A stretch of 40,494 bases of DNA from positions 1-40,494 of the IMG/VR virus record IMGVR_UViG_3300049924_000315; one strand, written 5' to 3'. Both the position numbers and the translations under genes were made by a program. Position 1 is the first letter of the stretch, and the number at the start of each line of letters is the position of its first letter. Under the pieces are notes generated by a model. That model had not been told where the DNA came from, searched no databases, and worked only from the letters and a program-made list of their open reading frames with translations. The DNA comes from a virus (lineage: Duplodnaviria > Caudoviricetes). This document shows, piece after piece, positions 22,876 through 32,636 of this stretch.

Positions 22876-25542
22876 TCAGAGGTTGCGCCGCGCGCGGCCG
22901 AGCGACAGCTGCGCATCGGCCGCCATCTGAAGGCGCGTGCGCGTGTCGACAGCGCCCTGCGTGTTGAATGTCTGGTTCACCACCACCGGCCCACCGCTGC
23001 TGCTGTTGTCGCGGTGGCGCGGGTCGTTCTGGCGCAGCACCTCTTCGCCGCGCCGCAGAATGGCCGGCACCTCGTCGGCCTTCAGCCCCGCAATGCCACC
23101 GCCGTGATAGCGCGGCGCGTTGATCCATGCGGCCGAGTCGACCAGTTTGTAGGTGCCGCCCGCACCCACCAGGCCGCCGTTGTGGAAAAAAGCGCCGAGG
23201 TCTTGATTGCCGAAGCTCGAGCCGGAACCAAACCCACCACCCCCGCCGAACAGGCTGGCGAAGAAGCCGCCCACCTTGTCGAAGATGGCGCCGAAGGCAC
23301 CGCCGCCGGCAGCACCCGCACCGCGCCCACCGCCCACACTGGCGCCGATGCCGGAAAACAGCCGATCGGCACCGCCACCGGTGCCGCCCGCACCCAGGCT
23401 TTTCACGAAGCCGCTGATCGAGTCGGCCAGCGGCTTGGTCACCAGGTCTTGTGTCACCAGGCGAATGAGTTGCTTTTCAACATCCTTCAGCACGTCGTTG
23501 AACTTCTTGCCCTCGACGATCGCATCTTCAAACCCGCCGGCAATCGCCTCACCGCTGCGCTGCGCCAGCTCGTTGAAGCGCTGCAGGCCCGGGTCTTTGG
23601 CGTCGAAGGCGCGCTCGCGCGCGAGCTTGAGGTTCGCGTAGAAACTCAGCCGTTCGGGGTCGGCACTGGTCTTCGTCAGCTCGGCCGTCTTGGCAATCCG
23701 CTCGTCCAGGCTGGCGAGCGACTTTTCGCGCAGTGCGAGCAACTGCTGTTCGGTCTCGTTGCGGCTCAGGCCCTGGCGCTGCGCCGTGATCAGGAAGGTT
23801 TCTTCCGCGATCTGCGCCGCCTCGTTGATGCGCGTGCTGCGCTCTTGCAGGCGGTTGAATTCGGCCTGCGTGGCCAGCAGGGTCTGCAGGTTGTTCAGAC
23901 GCCCACCATCTTCGCCGCCCTTGGTGAGCAGCCGCTGCGCCGCTTCGAACCGCTCGGCATTGCGCAGCAGCTCGGCGCCGTACTTGTCGCCGCTCAGCTC
24001 GGCGAGTTGCGCGTCAACATCCTTCAGGCTGCGCTGAAACTCTTCCGTCGCGCGCACGCGCTGCTGCTCAGCCACTTGCGCCGACTGGCCCGATTCGCGA
24101 TACGCCTTGCTCTGCTTGGCCAGCGTGTCGACGATGCGGTTTTCAAGGTCCGCGCGGTCCTGCGGCTTGGTCAGCTTCGCTTGAAACTCGCGGAACAGCG
24201 CCACCTCTTTTTCCGCCGCTGCGCTTTGGGAGGCCAGCGCGTCGACGGCGATGGCGTTCTTCGCATCGTAGAACTGCGCGATGCTGATTTCGCTGTGCTG
24301 GTACTGTTCGGCAAGTTGCTGCTCGGAGAACTTGAACAGGTCTTGCTCGTTTTCCAGCGCCTGCTGAATGACCTTCAGCCGCCCCTCGAGCTGCTTGCGC
24401 AGCAGGGCTTCGGCGTTGTCCCCGGCGCCGGTCTTGGCAAGGGCCGGCGCGTCGCGCTTGGCGACTGGCGCTGCGCTGAAATCGGCGCCACGCCGCTCGG
24501 CCGCACGGAAGTCGGTGAACGCCTTCGCTTGCGAAGCCGCCAGGCTGCGGTTCGCATCGGCTGCAGTGGCCTGCACAAGCTGCAACTGCTTCAGCAGCCC
24601 GGTGTCGCCCGGGTTCGCTGCCAATTTGGCCTGCAGGTTCGCAATGCGCTCGGCCAGCGCGTCGACTTCCTTTTGCGCCGTGCCCAGCTTGTCGGGGTCA
24701 AGCGCCTTGCCGAAGGCAAACTCGCGCGTCAGTTTGCCGGTGAACAGATCGCCGATTTTCGTGAACGCGAATTCGAGCAGCCCGGTGCTCTTCGCCGCTT
24801 CTACAGCCTGGTCTGAATACTCCACCAGCCGATCAATCAGGCCACCTGCAATCGACACCTTCAGGGCGTTTGACGCCACGCTCAGGCGCGTCAAGTTGTC
24901 ATTGAATTTTTCGCTCTTCGCGGCCAGGTCACTGCCGATCACGCCGCCGAATTTTTCGAGCTCTTTGCGTGAATCTTCAAGGCCCTTCTTGCCGCCGTTG
25001 AGCAGTGGAATCAGTTGTTCAAAGCTCTTGCCCCCAACGGCGTTCGCCAGCGCGACCTTGTTGGCCCCGTCGTTGTAGCCAGAGAATCGCTCGGCAATGT
25101 CGGCGAACACCTGGTCTGCGGTGCGCACCTTGCCCGACGCGTCGACTACCGAAACGCCGATCGCTTTGAACGCCGCCGCCTGTTCCGTCTCACCTCGCGC
25201 CGCGGCGGCAATATTCAGGTTCAGCTTTTTCAGGCTGGTGGTCAGGTCTTCGTTGCTGACATCGGCCAGCCGCGCGGCGAATTGGTAGGCGCTGAGCGTC
25301 TCGACAGCAATGCCGGTGCGCTGGTTCAGCTTGTTGAGCTGGTCGGCCGCATCGATCACGCTCTTCGGGTTGATGCGGTCGAACGCCGCGCCCAGAATGC
25401 CCACGCCCGCAGCAATGCCGGCGAAGCGCGCAGCGATGCCAATGGCCGAAGCCTGCAGCTCGCTCAGGTTGCGCTTGGCACTGTCGAATGCGGCCGACGT
25501 CTTGTCGACCGCACTGAGCGTGATCTGCGCTTTCTCAGCCAC
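22876..25542 (-). CDS. Tape measure protein
   Basis: 888 aa, Ala-rich helical; C-terminal RYHGGGIAGLKADEVPAILRRGEEVL. Confidence 0.92.
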   Translation of the reverse strand: MAEKAQITLSAVDKTSAAFDSAKRNLSELQASAIGIAARFAGIAAGVGILGAAFDRINPKSVIDAADQLNKLNQRTGIAVETLSAYQFAARLADVSNEDLTTSLKKLNLNIAAAARGETEQAAAFKAIGVSVVDASGKVRTADQVFADIAERFSGYNDGANKVALANAVGGKSFEQLIPLLNGGKKGLEDSRKELEKFGGVIGSDLAAKSEKFNDNLTRLSVASNALKVSIAGGLIDRLVEYSDQAVEAAKSTGLLEFAFTKIGDLFTGKLTREFAFGKALDPDKLGTAQKEVDALAERIANLQAKLAANPGDTGLLKQLQLVQATAADANRSLAASQAKAFTDFRAAERRGADFSAAPVAKRDAPALAKTGAGDNAEALLRKQLEGRLKVIQQALENEQDLFKFSEQQLAEQYQHSEISIAQFYDAKNAIAVDALASQSAAAEKEVALFREFQAKLTKPQDRADLENRIVDTLAKQSKAYRESGQSAQVAEQQRVRATEEFQRSLKDVDAQLAELSGDKYGAELLRNAERFEAAQRLLTKGGEDGGRLNNLQTLLATQAEFNRLQERSTRINEAAQIAEETFLITAQRQGLSRNETEQQLLALREKSLASLDERIAKTAELTKTSADPERLSFYANLKLARERAFDAKDPGLQRFNELAQRSGEAIAGGFEDAIVEGKKFNDVLKDVEKQLIRLVTQDLVTKPLADSISGFVKSLGAGGTGGGADRLFSGIGASVGGGRGAGAAGGGAFGAIFDKVGGFFASLFGGGGGFGSGSSFGNQDLGAFFHNGGLVGAGGTYKLVDSAAWINAPRYHGGGIAGLKADEVPAILRRGEEVLRQNDPRHRDNSSSGGPVVVNQTFNTQGAVDTRTRLQMAADAQLSLGRARRNL

Positions 25543-25569
25543 GCGTCACCTCTGCGTTGCTAGCGCCCA

Positions 25570-25905
25570 TCACTTCGGCGAAAACAGCGCCTCGATCTGC
25601 TCCGCACTCGGCTCTACCGGGCCGGTGGGCGGCGCGTCCCAGCGCGCCAGGTCGATGAAATCTTGCGCCAGGAACTTCTTCTTGCCATTGGGCGGCTGCA
25701 GCGGGCCGTTGGCCAGCGCGGCAAGCACGGCCGCCAGCATGGGGGGCAGGCTGGCCGGGCCAACGGGTTCGACGTCCAGAAACTCCAGCCACAGCCCAAA
25801 CTCCTCTGCTGACATGCGCTCGCCCAGCTCCTCCAGCGTGCAGTGCGTTTGAGCGGCCAGCCGCAGTGCGGCGCGCAGCTCGGGCTGGGCGATCAATCGT
25901 TTTTT
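25570..25905 (-). CDS. Tail assembly chaperone GT extension (-1 frameshift product)
   Basis: LRLAAQTHCTLEELGERMSAEEFGLW resembles gpT; entered via slippery A AAA AAC at 25899-25905. Confidence 0.75.
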   Translation of the reverse strand, partial: KKRLIAQPELRAALRLAAQTHCTLEELGERMSAEEFGLWLEFLDVEPVGPASLPPMLAAVLAALANGPLQPPNGKKKFLAQDFIDLARWDAPPTGPVEPSAEQIEALFSPK

Positions 25906-26222
25906 GTTTCCGCCCTCGCAAAGCCGCCCAGGCGCATGGCCACGTCGACCAGTGCGTTGGTGTCTGGGGTGTGCTCTGCGCCGAAGATGTCCCACTGCTC
26001 TTCGGTGTAGAGCGCCTTGCCCGCCTTGTCGGTCACGGTGGCGGCAAGCAAGCGCGCGCAGAACAGGTCTGCCGCGGCTTGCGAGTTACCGTCGCCCGTG
26101 GCCCGGCTCAGCGCCAGACGCTGGCTGAGCTTGAGGGCGCACACCACCACTTCGCCGAGTGCTTCGGTGTTGACGACCTCTTTGCGCAGCGTGGGCGGCG
26201 GAAGTGGAACAGCGTCGCTCAT
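25893..26222 (-). CDS. Tail assembly chaperone (gpG-like)
   Basis: Between the tube and tape measure genes; ends ACA AAA AAC GAT TGA. Confidence 0.8.
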   Translation of the reverse strand: MSDAVPLPPPTLRKEVVNTEALGEVVVCALKLSQRLALSRATGDGNSQAAADLFCARLLAATVTDKAGKALYTEEQWDIFGAEHTPDTNALVDVAMRLGGFARAETKND

Positions 26223-26238
26223 GGATCGGCGCTTTCGT

Positions 26239-26892
26239 TCAGGTCGCGTAGAACGTGGGCTTGCCCTGACCTTCGAAGCTGACATTGGTTTTCACCACCT
26301 CCTGCGCGCTGCCGGTCGGGATGCCGCTGGCGCCCACGTAGGCACGGAACAGCGCCTTGCGGCCACTCGGCCAGCGCACCTTGATGCTGCGCACGGTCTT
26401 GGTGTCGTTCGCCTTGCCCAGCTCGATGGCCGCCGCGTCTTCGGGTTTGAACAGGCACCCCAAGGTCAGCGCAAAGGGGCTCGACACGGTGGGCGCGCGG
26501 CGCCGCGCGTCGTCGTGAATGGTGGTCAGGTCGGCGAATTCGTACTCGCCGCCCGAAGAGCCCACGTCTTGCACCGTGGTCATGCTCACGCCCATGGTCT
26601 TCACCTGGAACGTGCCCGAGGTGAAGGTGTTGTAGGCGGTGGAATCGACGCCCTCGAGTTCGAACGTGTTGCCCGCGCCGTTCACGTTGGCCACGCGGAA
26701 GTCACGGCCGTTGAGTTCGATCATGCCCGCGGTGTCCAGGCTCACGGTGTCGCCGTTCGCCGGGTCGGTGCCCGAGGCATACGACACCACGGCCGGGTTG
26801 GCCTTGGTGATGGTGGTGATGGTCACCGCGGTGGCGGCGGCGGTTTCAACGTCGATCTGGGTCTTGACCCAGAAGTCATAACTGGTGGCCAT
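26239..26892 (-). CDS. Major tail tube protein
   Basis: ITTITKANPAVV, FELEGVDST and VGSSGGEYEFADLTTI motifs. Confidence 0.85.
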   Translation of the reverse strand: MATSYDFWVKTQIDVETAAATAVTITTITKANPAVVSYASGTDPANGDTVSLDTAGMIELNGRDFRVANVNGAGNTFELEGVDSTAYNTFTSGTFQVKTMGVSMTTVQDVGSSGGEYEFADLTTIHDDARRRAPTVSSPFALTLGCLFKPEDAAAIELGKANDTKTVRSIKVRWPSGRKALFRAYVGASGIPTGSAQEVVKTNVSFEGQGKPTFYAT

Positions 26893-26945
26893 GGTGCGCT
26901 TGCCTTTCTTGAAGGGGGTTCAGGTCGTGTGGGGCTTTTCGAGTC

Positions 26946-27404
26946 TCAAACGATCGTGTCGGGCTCGTCTTCGTAGGTGTTGAACTCGGCTCGCAGCGTC
27001 ACGGTCACCAGGCCGAGCACGGCCTCGCCGTCTTTCTGCATGGCGCGCTCGATGCGCCGGGTGCTGATGGCGGTGCTGGTCAGTGCGGTCAGTGCATCGG
27101 GCGCGCCCGGGGCGTTGAAAATCACCGTCAACGCCTCGGAAGCCAGGGCGTGCAGCGCATCGTCCAGATTCGCTGCCGCCTTGGCGTAGCCCTGCAACTC
27201 CACCTGCAGCGCGTGGCGCTGCAAGGTCGGCGAATGCACGGTCTGCGGCTCGATGTCTTCATCCACCGCCACCACTTTCCAGGCCGGCAGGCCGTCTTCG
27301 GAAAGCGGCCACGCGCGGCTGGTATAAACGCGCGTGCCGGCCAGCGGCTGGCCACTCAACCGAGCGGCCAGCGCGTCAACCACCTGGGCGGCTGCGAGCG
27401 GCAA
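26946..27404 (-). CDS. Tail terminator-like protein
   Basis: RVYTSRAWPL...LPA motif; precedes the tube gene. Confidence 0.7.
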   Translation of the reverse strand: MPLAAAQVVDALAARLSGQPLAGTRVYTSRAWPLSEDGLPAWKVVAVDEDIEPQTVHSPTLQRHALQVELQGYAKAAANLDDALHALASEALTVIFNAPGAPDALTALTSTAISTRRIERAMQKDGEAVLGLVTVTLRAEFNTYEDEPDTIV

Positions 27405-27407
27405 GGG

Positions 27408-27632
27408 TCAGCCCTCGGCGCTGCGCGAGCGGCGGCGCGCCGGCTCAGGCGCAGCCTGAGGCGCTGGCGCCTCGGCCGCACCGCCAGCCTGCGCCGCAGC
27501 GCTTGACGTGGCTGCACCGCAGGCCAGCAGCGCCGCTGCAGCCTCGTCCGGCACGTCGAAGCTCTCGCCCGGGGCGATGAGCTTGCCGTCGTGCTGGATC
27601 GGGTCAACCGCGACGAGCCGCGCCACGATCAC
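27408..27632 (-). CDS. Small head-associated protein
   Basis: PIQHDGKLIAPGESFDVPDEAAAALLACGAA, immediately after the capsid gene (GTGA overlap). Confidence 0.6.
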   Translation of the reverse strand: MIVARLVAVDPIQHDGKLIAPGESFDVPDEAAAALLACGAATSSAAAQAGGAAEAPAPQAAPEPARRRSRSAEG

Positions 27633-28570
27633 GCCACCGCGTTGGTGATGAGGTAGCCGGCCGATGCCGAGGCCAGCACCGGCGCTTCGGCCCGCGTGAC
27701 CGGGAACAGCCAGCTTTTGGCGTTGCGGTCGTAGTAGGCCTCTTCGGCCAGCGGGTAGCCCTGCAGGGTGTAGGTGTAGCCGTAGGTCGGCGCACCCATG
27801 TCGCCCACGCTGGCGGTTTCGGTGTAGGCAATCACCACGTCTTTGCCCCACACGTCGCTGAACACACCGGCGTCGCTGGCGAAAATGGCGTCACCCACCA
27901 GCACCCGGTCAACGCCGAACAGCGCCGCCAGAATCTCGGCGGTGGCCACGTCGCGGCCGGTGTACTTCATGCGGTCCACCACGATCGGGTGTTGGCGCAG
28001 CTTGCTCATCACCGCAGCGCCCATCACCACCGTGTTCGGGCGCTTGCCGGTGGCAGCACGCACCGCCTCTTTCGCGGTTTCGATGTTCTGAATCGGCTGG
28101 CTGGTGCCCGTGAAGTCACTCCACTGGCCGGTGCCCGACAGCGTGACCTTGTTGCCAGCGCCGTAGCTGGCGGCGGTGCGCGCAATGTCGGCCGCCTGCT
28201 TCTCCAAGCGCAGCGCCATGATGGAGCTCACCTTGCGAATGGCCATCGCGGCATGGTCGATGCTGGCGCTGTTTGCACCCTCTTGCATCACCTCGATGGG
28301 CACTTGCCCCTCCAGGCCGTAGTCGACCAGCGCGTAGGTGCTGCCGCTGTAGCCGAACTGCACGCGCTTGGTGTTTTCACCCGGGGCGCGCTGGCTGCCG
28401 TACAGCATGAAGTCTTCTTTGCCGAACGTGATGATGTTGCCGCCGCGCAGGGCGACCGGCACGCTGGGAAACAGGGCTTGCGCGACCATCTCGCTGTTCA
28501 TGTAGCCCTGGGCAATGGTGGTCAGGATCGGGTCGACGATCCGTGCACCGGAGGGGGTCATTTGGGGCAT
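27629..28570 (-). CDS. Major capsid protein
   Basis: 313 aa; VDPILTTIAQGYMN, WSDFTGTSQPI and RPNTVVMG motifs; synteny. Confidence 0.88.
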   Translation of the reverse strand: MPQMTPSGARIVDPILTTIAQGYMNSEMVAQALFPSVPVALRGGNIITFGKEDFMLYGSQRAPGENTKRVQFGYSGSTYALVDYGLEGQVPIEVMQEGANSASIDHAAMAIRKVSSIMALRLEKQAADIARTAASYGAGNKVTLSGTGQWSDFTGTSQPIQNIETAKEAVRAATGKRPNTVVMGAAVMSKLRQHPIVVDRMKYTGRDVATAEILAALFGVDRVLVGDAIFASDAGVFSDVWGKDVVIAYTETASVGDMGAPTYGYTYTLQGYPLAEEAYYDRNAKSWLFPVTRAEAPVLASASAGYLITNAVA

Positions 28571-28607
28571 GTTGCTTTACTCCGAGTTGGGGTGTGGGGT
28601 GGGCGGG

Positions 28608-28946
28608 TCAGTTCGGGATCAGCAAGATCTCGATCTGGTCACCCGCGCTGGCGGCGGCGGTGAGAGCCACGCCGATCGACACACCGGCCGACTTGGTGAC
28701 CACTTGGGTGGCAGACGCCACCTCGACCAGCGCGCCCACGGCGATGGCCGCAGACGCAATGGCAATGGTGGTGCCCAGCGCCGTGACGGGCACGCGCTGG
28801 CCCGACACACCGGCGGTCTGGGCGATGCCCACCGCACGGCCCGCGGCGGTTGCGGCCACGCCGGCCGCAGTGACGGGCGCGTACTGCGCCACGGTGCCGG
28901 TGAGCGCCACACCGATCTGAAGAACGCTGATTGCTGCGACGGCCAT
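28608..28946 (-). CDS. Capsid cement/decoration protein (DUF2190-like)
   Basis: 112 aa Ala/Gly/Val-rich, ending GVALTAAASAGDQIEILL. Confidence 0.8.
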   Translation of the reverse strand: MAVAAISVLQIGVALTGTVAQYAPVTAAGVAATAAGRAVGIAQTAGVSGQRVPVTALGTTIAIASAAIAVGALVEVASATQVVTKSAGVSIGVALTAAASAGDQIEILLIPN

Positions 28947-28949
28947 GGC

Positions 28950-30236
28950 TTACGCTCCTTGCTGCTGAATTGCTTTGACGGCCGCCACGTAGTCCGTGCC
29001 GGGGTGGGCTGCCATGTAGGCTTTCGCCTTGGCATCGATCTGGGCCTTGCTGTCCGCCGCCTGGGGCAGCGGGTCAGCCACGGCCACCGGCGCCGGTTGC
29101 GGCGCTTCGCTGGCCAGTGCTGATGCGTTCGCGCTGCGCAGGCCACGCTCGGCGGCGTTCACGGCCATGGCGGCGTCGCCCGGCGTGCTTTTGCCGTCGA
29201 ACTTGAGCTTGGCAATGAGGGCCTCGTGGCCGGGGATGAGTTGGGCCTCGATGGCCTGAATGCGCTCGCGCTCGGCGGTCGCGCCTTCGGCGAGCAGGTT
29301 CGCCACGATGTCGGGCGAGTCTTGCTCGATCTGTGCTCGGGTCAGCGGCATGTCTGTCGCTCCTTGGGAGGTTGGTTTCATGGGGCGCGCGGCACCGGCG
29401 CTGCGTTGATCGTTGAGCTGCGCAATGAGGGCGTCGAGCGTGGAAACACCGTCCACGAGCCCGGCCTGCACGGCTTGCTCACCGATGAAAACACGGCCGT
29501 CGGCCATGTCTTTGAGAACCTGCGCTTCGCCCACGCCGCGCTGCGCAGCCACGGCCTTGACGAAGAGCGAATAGGTGTAGTCGACCTGGTCTTGAATGGT
29601 GGCGCGGCCCGATTCGGTGAGCGGCGCGTATTGGCTGGCGGCGCGCTTGAACTTGCCGGCAAACACCTCGGTGGTCTTGATGCCACGCTGCGCCTCGGCG
29701 CCCGACACGTCCACATGTGTGGCCACCACGCCGATGGAACCCACGGTGGTGGTGCCGTCGGCGATGAACACTTGCTGCGCCGCAGAGCCGATCCAGTAGG
29801 CGGCCGAAGCCATGGTGCCGCTGGCCAGCGTGACGATGGCTTTGCTGTTGCGTGCCGAGAGCACCACATCAGCCAGGGCCTGCGTGCCGTCCACCGTGCC
29901 GCCAGGGCTGTCGACGGCGAGGATGATGGAGTGCACCTGCGGGTCGGCCAGCGCGGCGCGCAGGTCACGCGCGGCGAGCTCGGTGCTGGTGCCGCCGGAC
30001 ACCTGCATCAGCAGGTTGGCGCGCTTGGCAATCACGCCTTCGATGGGCAGCACGGCCACGCCGTCTTGAATGGTGTATCCCTTCGGCTCGTTCGCCAGCG
30101 GGCGGCCGATGCGCTGCTCAACGCCTGCAATGTCGATTTTCTCGCCGCGCAGGTGCGTGGCGTAGATGGCCTGGATTTCCAGCAACTTCGCGGGCTCAAT
30201 GGCCCAGGGCGATGTGAGTACGTCGAGGAGTTTCAT
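28950..30236 (-). CDS. S49-family head maturation protease with C-terminal scaffold
   Basis: VDSPGGTVDG, MASAAYWIGS and VGSIGV motifs; ATG 30236 follows the late promoter repeat. Confidence 0.92.
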   Translation of the reverse strand: MKLLDVLTSPWAIEPAKLLEIQAIYATHLRGEKIDIAGVEQRIGRPLANEPKGYTIQDGVAVLPIEGVIAKRANLLMQVSGGTSTELAARDLRAALADPQVHSIILAVDSPGGTVDGTQALADVVLSARNSKAIVTLASGTMASAAYWIGSAAQQVFIADGTTTVGSIGVVATHVDVSGAEAQRGIKTTEVFAGKFKRAASQYAPLTESGRATIQDQVDYTYSLFVKAVAAQRGVGEAQVLKDMADGRVFIGEQAVQAGLVDGVSTLDALIAQLNDQRSAGAARPMKPTSQGATDMPLTRAQIEQDSPDIVANLLAEGATAERERIQAIEAQLIPGHEALIAKLKFDGKSTPGDAAMAVNAAERGLRSANASALASEAPQPAPVAVADPLPQAADSKAQIDAKAKAYMAAHPGTDYVAAVKAIQQQGA

Positions 30237-30257
30237 GCGCGCTGGGTCAGTTGCTGC

Positions 30258-30305
30258 GCACTCTAGGCACCGCAGCGTCTCAAAATAAGGGAGGTTTTGA
30301 GACGA
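30258..30305 (-). promoter_or_regulatory. Putative activator-dependent late promoter, copy 1
   Basis: Inverted repeat CGTCTCAAAA-N9-TTTTGAGACG plus -10 TAGAGT on the minus strand; 46 of 48 bp identical to 36768-36815. Confidence 0.72.
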
Positions 30306-30366
30306 GGCTGCCCACCCGCCTGTCACCCCAGCGAACGCCGGGGCCCACTGCCGCAACCGCGCGCGC

Positions 30367-30663
30367 CTACACCCGCACCAACCGCAACAACTTCAACGCC
30401 CCGTCGTTGATCGGCAACACCGCCCGCACCTGAAAACTGCGCGAGCCGGTGGCGAACGCGATGGCCAGCGTGTCGCCCTCAGTCAGCGCGGGCCACTGAA
30501 CCACCGGGCACAGTGCCGCCGGGCCGCTGACCTCAACGCCAAATTCTTCAGCCACCGCACCGTTTTCATCGTAGATCACCGTACCGGGCGCGGCCCCGAA
30601 GGTTGCGGTTTCGGCAAAGTCGCTGGTGTTGAAAAACGCGGTGAAGTCTTCGGTCATGCTCAT
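30367..30663 (-). CDS. Head closure / head-tail joining protein (FII-like)
   Basis: MTEDFTAFFNTSDFAETAT...DGALKLLRL pattern; 98 aa. Confidence 0.7.
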   Translation of the reverse strand: MSMTEDFTAFFNTSDFAETATFGAAPGTVIYDENGAVAEEFGVEVSGPAALCPVVQWPALTEGDTLAIAFATGSRSFQVRAVLPINDGALKLLRLVRV

Positions 30664-30698
30664 GTTGTGGCCCTGCTTGGTTCGCTGGTTTGCGCCGC

Positions 30699-31805
30699 TC
30701 AGCCGTGCGGCCGGCGGCTGGCGATAAATCGGTATTCGGCCAGCGCCTTCATGGCGGCGAGTTGCTGGTCGGCCTGCGCCCAGCCGGTGCGCAGGGTTTG
30801 CGCGCTCAGCGACGGCGCAGCCAGGCTGGCATGCGCCTGCGCAGTGGCTGCGCGGTGGCTGATGGCGCTGCTGCGCAGCCGAGCGCCGGCCGACGCTGAG
30901 GTGACGACATGCCGCGCCGGCTCGCGCAGCGCGCGTTGCTTGCGGGTCGGCTGGCGGAATGCGAAGCCGCCGCCGATGGGTTCTGGCTGCACGGTCACCG
31001 CCGCAGAACTCGCCGCCGATGCGCGCACTCCCGCCTGCGCCGAAGCGCTTGTGTTCACCCCACTCGGGGTGCTGGGCGTAGTAGCAGCATCGGCACGCAG
31101 GCCTGCACTGCTTGTTGCGATGGCGCTGGCGTTCTTGGTGGCGGCATCATCGGCGCGCAGCGCACCGCGACCCGCCGCGACCGCTGGCGAAGCCTTCGCC
31201 GCGACAGCCGCGACTCGCAAGCCGCCCAGCGCAACCTCGACAGCGACGACGGCCTTTGCCGCCACCGCGTCCGCGCGAAGGCCACTGCTCGACGCCTCAC
31301 CGAGGGTGAGCGCCTTCGCGGCCGTTGCATTGGTTCGCGCACCAGCGCGCGCCGCGGCCGATGTGGTGATCGCAATCGCCGGCGTTCCAATTGCCGAAGC
31401 GCCTACCCCGCCGCGCGCATGCGACGCATAGGTCACGGACTTACTGGCTACATCGGCCGCCCGCAAGCCTGCACTGCCATGTTCGGCAAATGTCAGCGCC
31501 TTTGCCGCTGTGCCCGTTGCCAGCGCACCCAGTCGCGCGTCGGCGCCCCAGGTTAGTGCCTTGGCCGCGCTGCCTTGCGCGCGTGCGCCTGCGCGGGCGC
31601 TGGTGGGCTCGGTGAGGGCTTTGGTGCTGCTCGCTCGCCCGGCTGCCCCCGCCCGCGTCTGAGTTTGCTGGATCAGCGTTTTGACGGCCCGCGCTACCGC
31701 AGTGAGGCCAGCGAGGCTCGTTCCCTTACTGGTTGGACCCCCGCCGCCGGCCGCTGGTTCCAGTTCATCAGCGAACCACTTTTCGACGATCAGGAACCCG
31801 CTCAC
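30699..31805 (-). CDS. Ala-rich repetitive virion protein
   Basis: 368 aa with recurring A(T/A)KALT...GLRA units; ends EPIGGGF plus a basic tail. Confidence 0.55.
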   Translation of the reverse strand: MSGFLIVEKWFADELEPAAGGGGPTSKGTSLAGLTAVARAVKTLIQQTQTRAGAAGRASSTKALTEPTSARAGARAQGSAAKALTWGADARLGALATGTAAKALTFAEHGSAGLRAADVASKSVTYASHARGGVGASAIGTPAIAITTSAAARAGARTNATAAKALTLGEASSSGLRADAVAAKAVVAVEVALGGLRVAAVAAKASPAVAAGRGALRADDAATKNASAIATSSAGLRADAATTPSTPSGVNTSASAQAGVRASAASSAAVTVQPEPIGGGFAFRQPTRKQRALREPARHVVTSASAGARLRSSAISHRAATAQAHASLAAPSLSAQTLRTGWAQADQQLAAMKALAEYRFIASRRPHG

Positions 31806-32521
31806 ACCCAGTTCCTCACGTCGAGTAGCGTTCTCGTGTCGATTGGCGGATCATAAAGCGCAGGATGCGATCTGGGCTTGAGCCGAGCCGCGATTGGCGC
31901 CAACTCAAATGCGGCAATTAACATGCCGTATCTTGTCGACGAGGCAGTGGTCATTGATAAGGCATATGATCCTGCCTGCACTCCATCTCTTCCGCCTAAT
32001 CCAAAATCACCGCCGACAACTTGAGTCAATAATGCAGTATTAACACCGTGAGATAGCGTGAATGCAATATCCCATGCCGTAAACAGACCGACAACATCCG
32101 TAGGCGCAGATGTGCTTACCTCCGAGGATGTGTGCGTGGTTCCACTGGCCGCAGTGATTGTGCCTGTGCTGCTCGCGTGATATGCGCCTGCGGTTTTCCA
32201 TCCTGAAAACTGCGCAACTCCGATTGCCCGAAAGTCTGCGGCCGCATCAAATGTTACAGTAACGACATTTGCTGCATTCCCTTGTATATTAAAAGCGGCC
32301 CAAATTTCGAGCGTGTTACTGCTATCTAAATGTACGACTGACCCGCATGCATTATATATATTGCCGGCCGTGTCCGTGATGTTAGTTATTATTCGCTGAG
32401 GGGACGTGTAGTTATTTGTGAGGACAACAATCGCATTGCCGCCTATATGGTTTTGTGCCGCGGCCGCAATGGTCGTTGATGAAACGGAATCATTGTTCGA
32501 AGTAGAATTTACATAGGGCAT
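31802..32521 (-). CDS. Beta-rich hypothetical virion protein, low GC
   Basis: ITDTAGNIY...LEIWAAFNI...NVVTVTF; visibly AT-richer than the flanks. Confidence 0.7.
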   Translation of the reverse strand: MPYVNSTSNNDSVSSTTIAAAAQNHIGGNAIVVLTNNYTSPQRIITNITDTAGNIYNACGSVVHLDSSNTLEIWAAFNIQGNAANVVTVTFDAAADFRAIGVAQFSGWKTAGAYHASSTGTITAASGTTHTSSEVSTSAPTDVVGLFTAWDIAFTLSHGVNTALLTQVVGGDFGLGGRDGVQAGSYALSMTTASSTRYGMLIAAFELAPIAARLKPRSHPALYDPPIDTRTLLDVRNWV

Positions 32522-32636
32522 ATAGTTACGGCCCTTCGTGAAAGATCACCGCACAGCTTATGGTTGGATTCGCAGCACTGGTGAAGTGGCAAGGCCTGCG
32601 GACAGTGACAAGGCGAGCGCAGACGCGTGATGGGAT

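Noticed and set aside
22849-24816. 655 aa plus-strand ORF
   Set aside because: Antisense shadow of the tape measure gene, caused by high-GC codon bias.
30237-30356. N-terminal extension of the S49 protease in the ORF track
   Set aside because: It overlaps the duplicated late promoter; ATG 30236 is the more plausible start.
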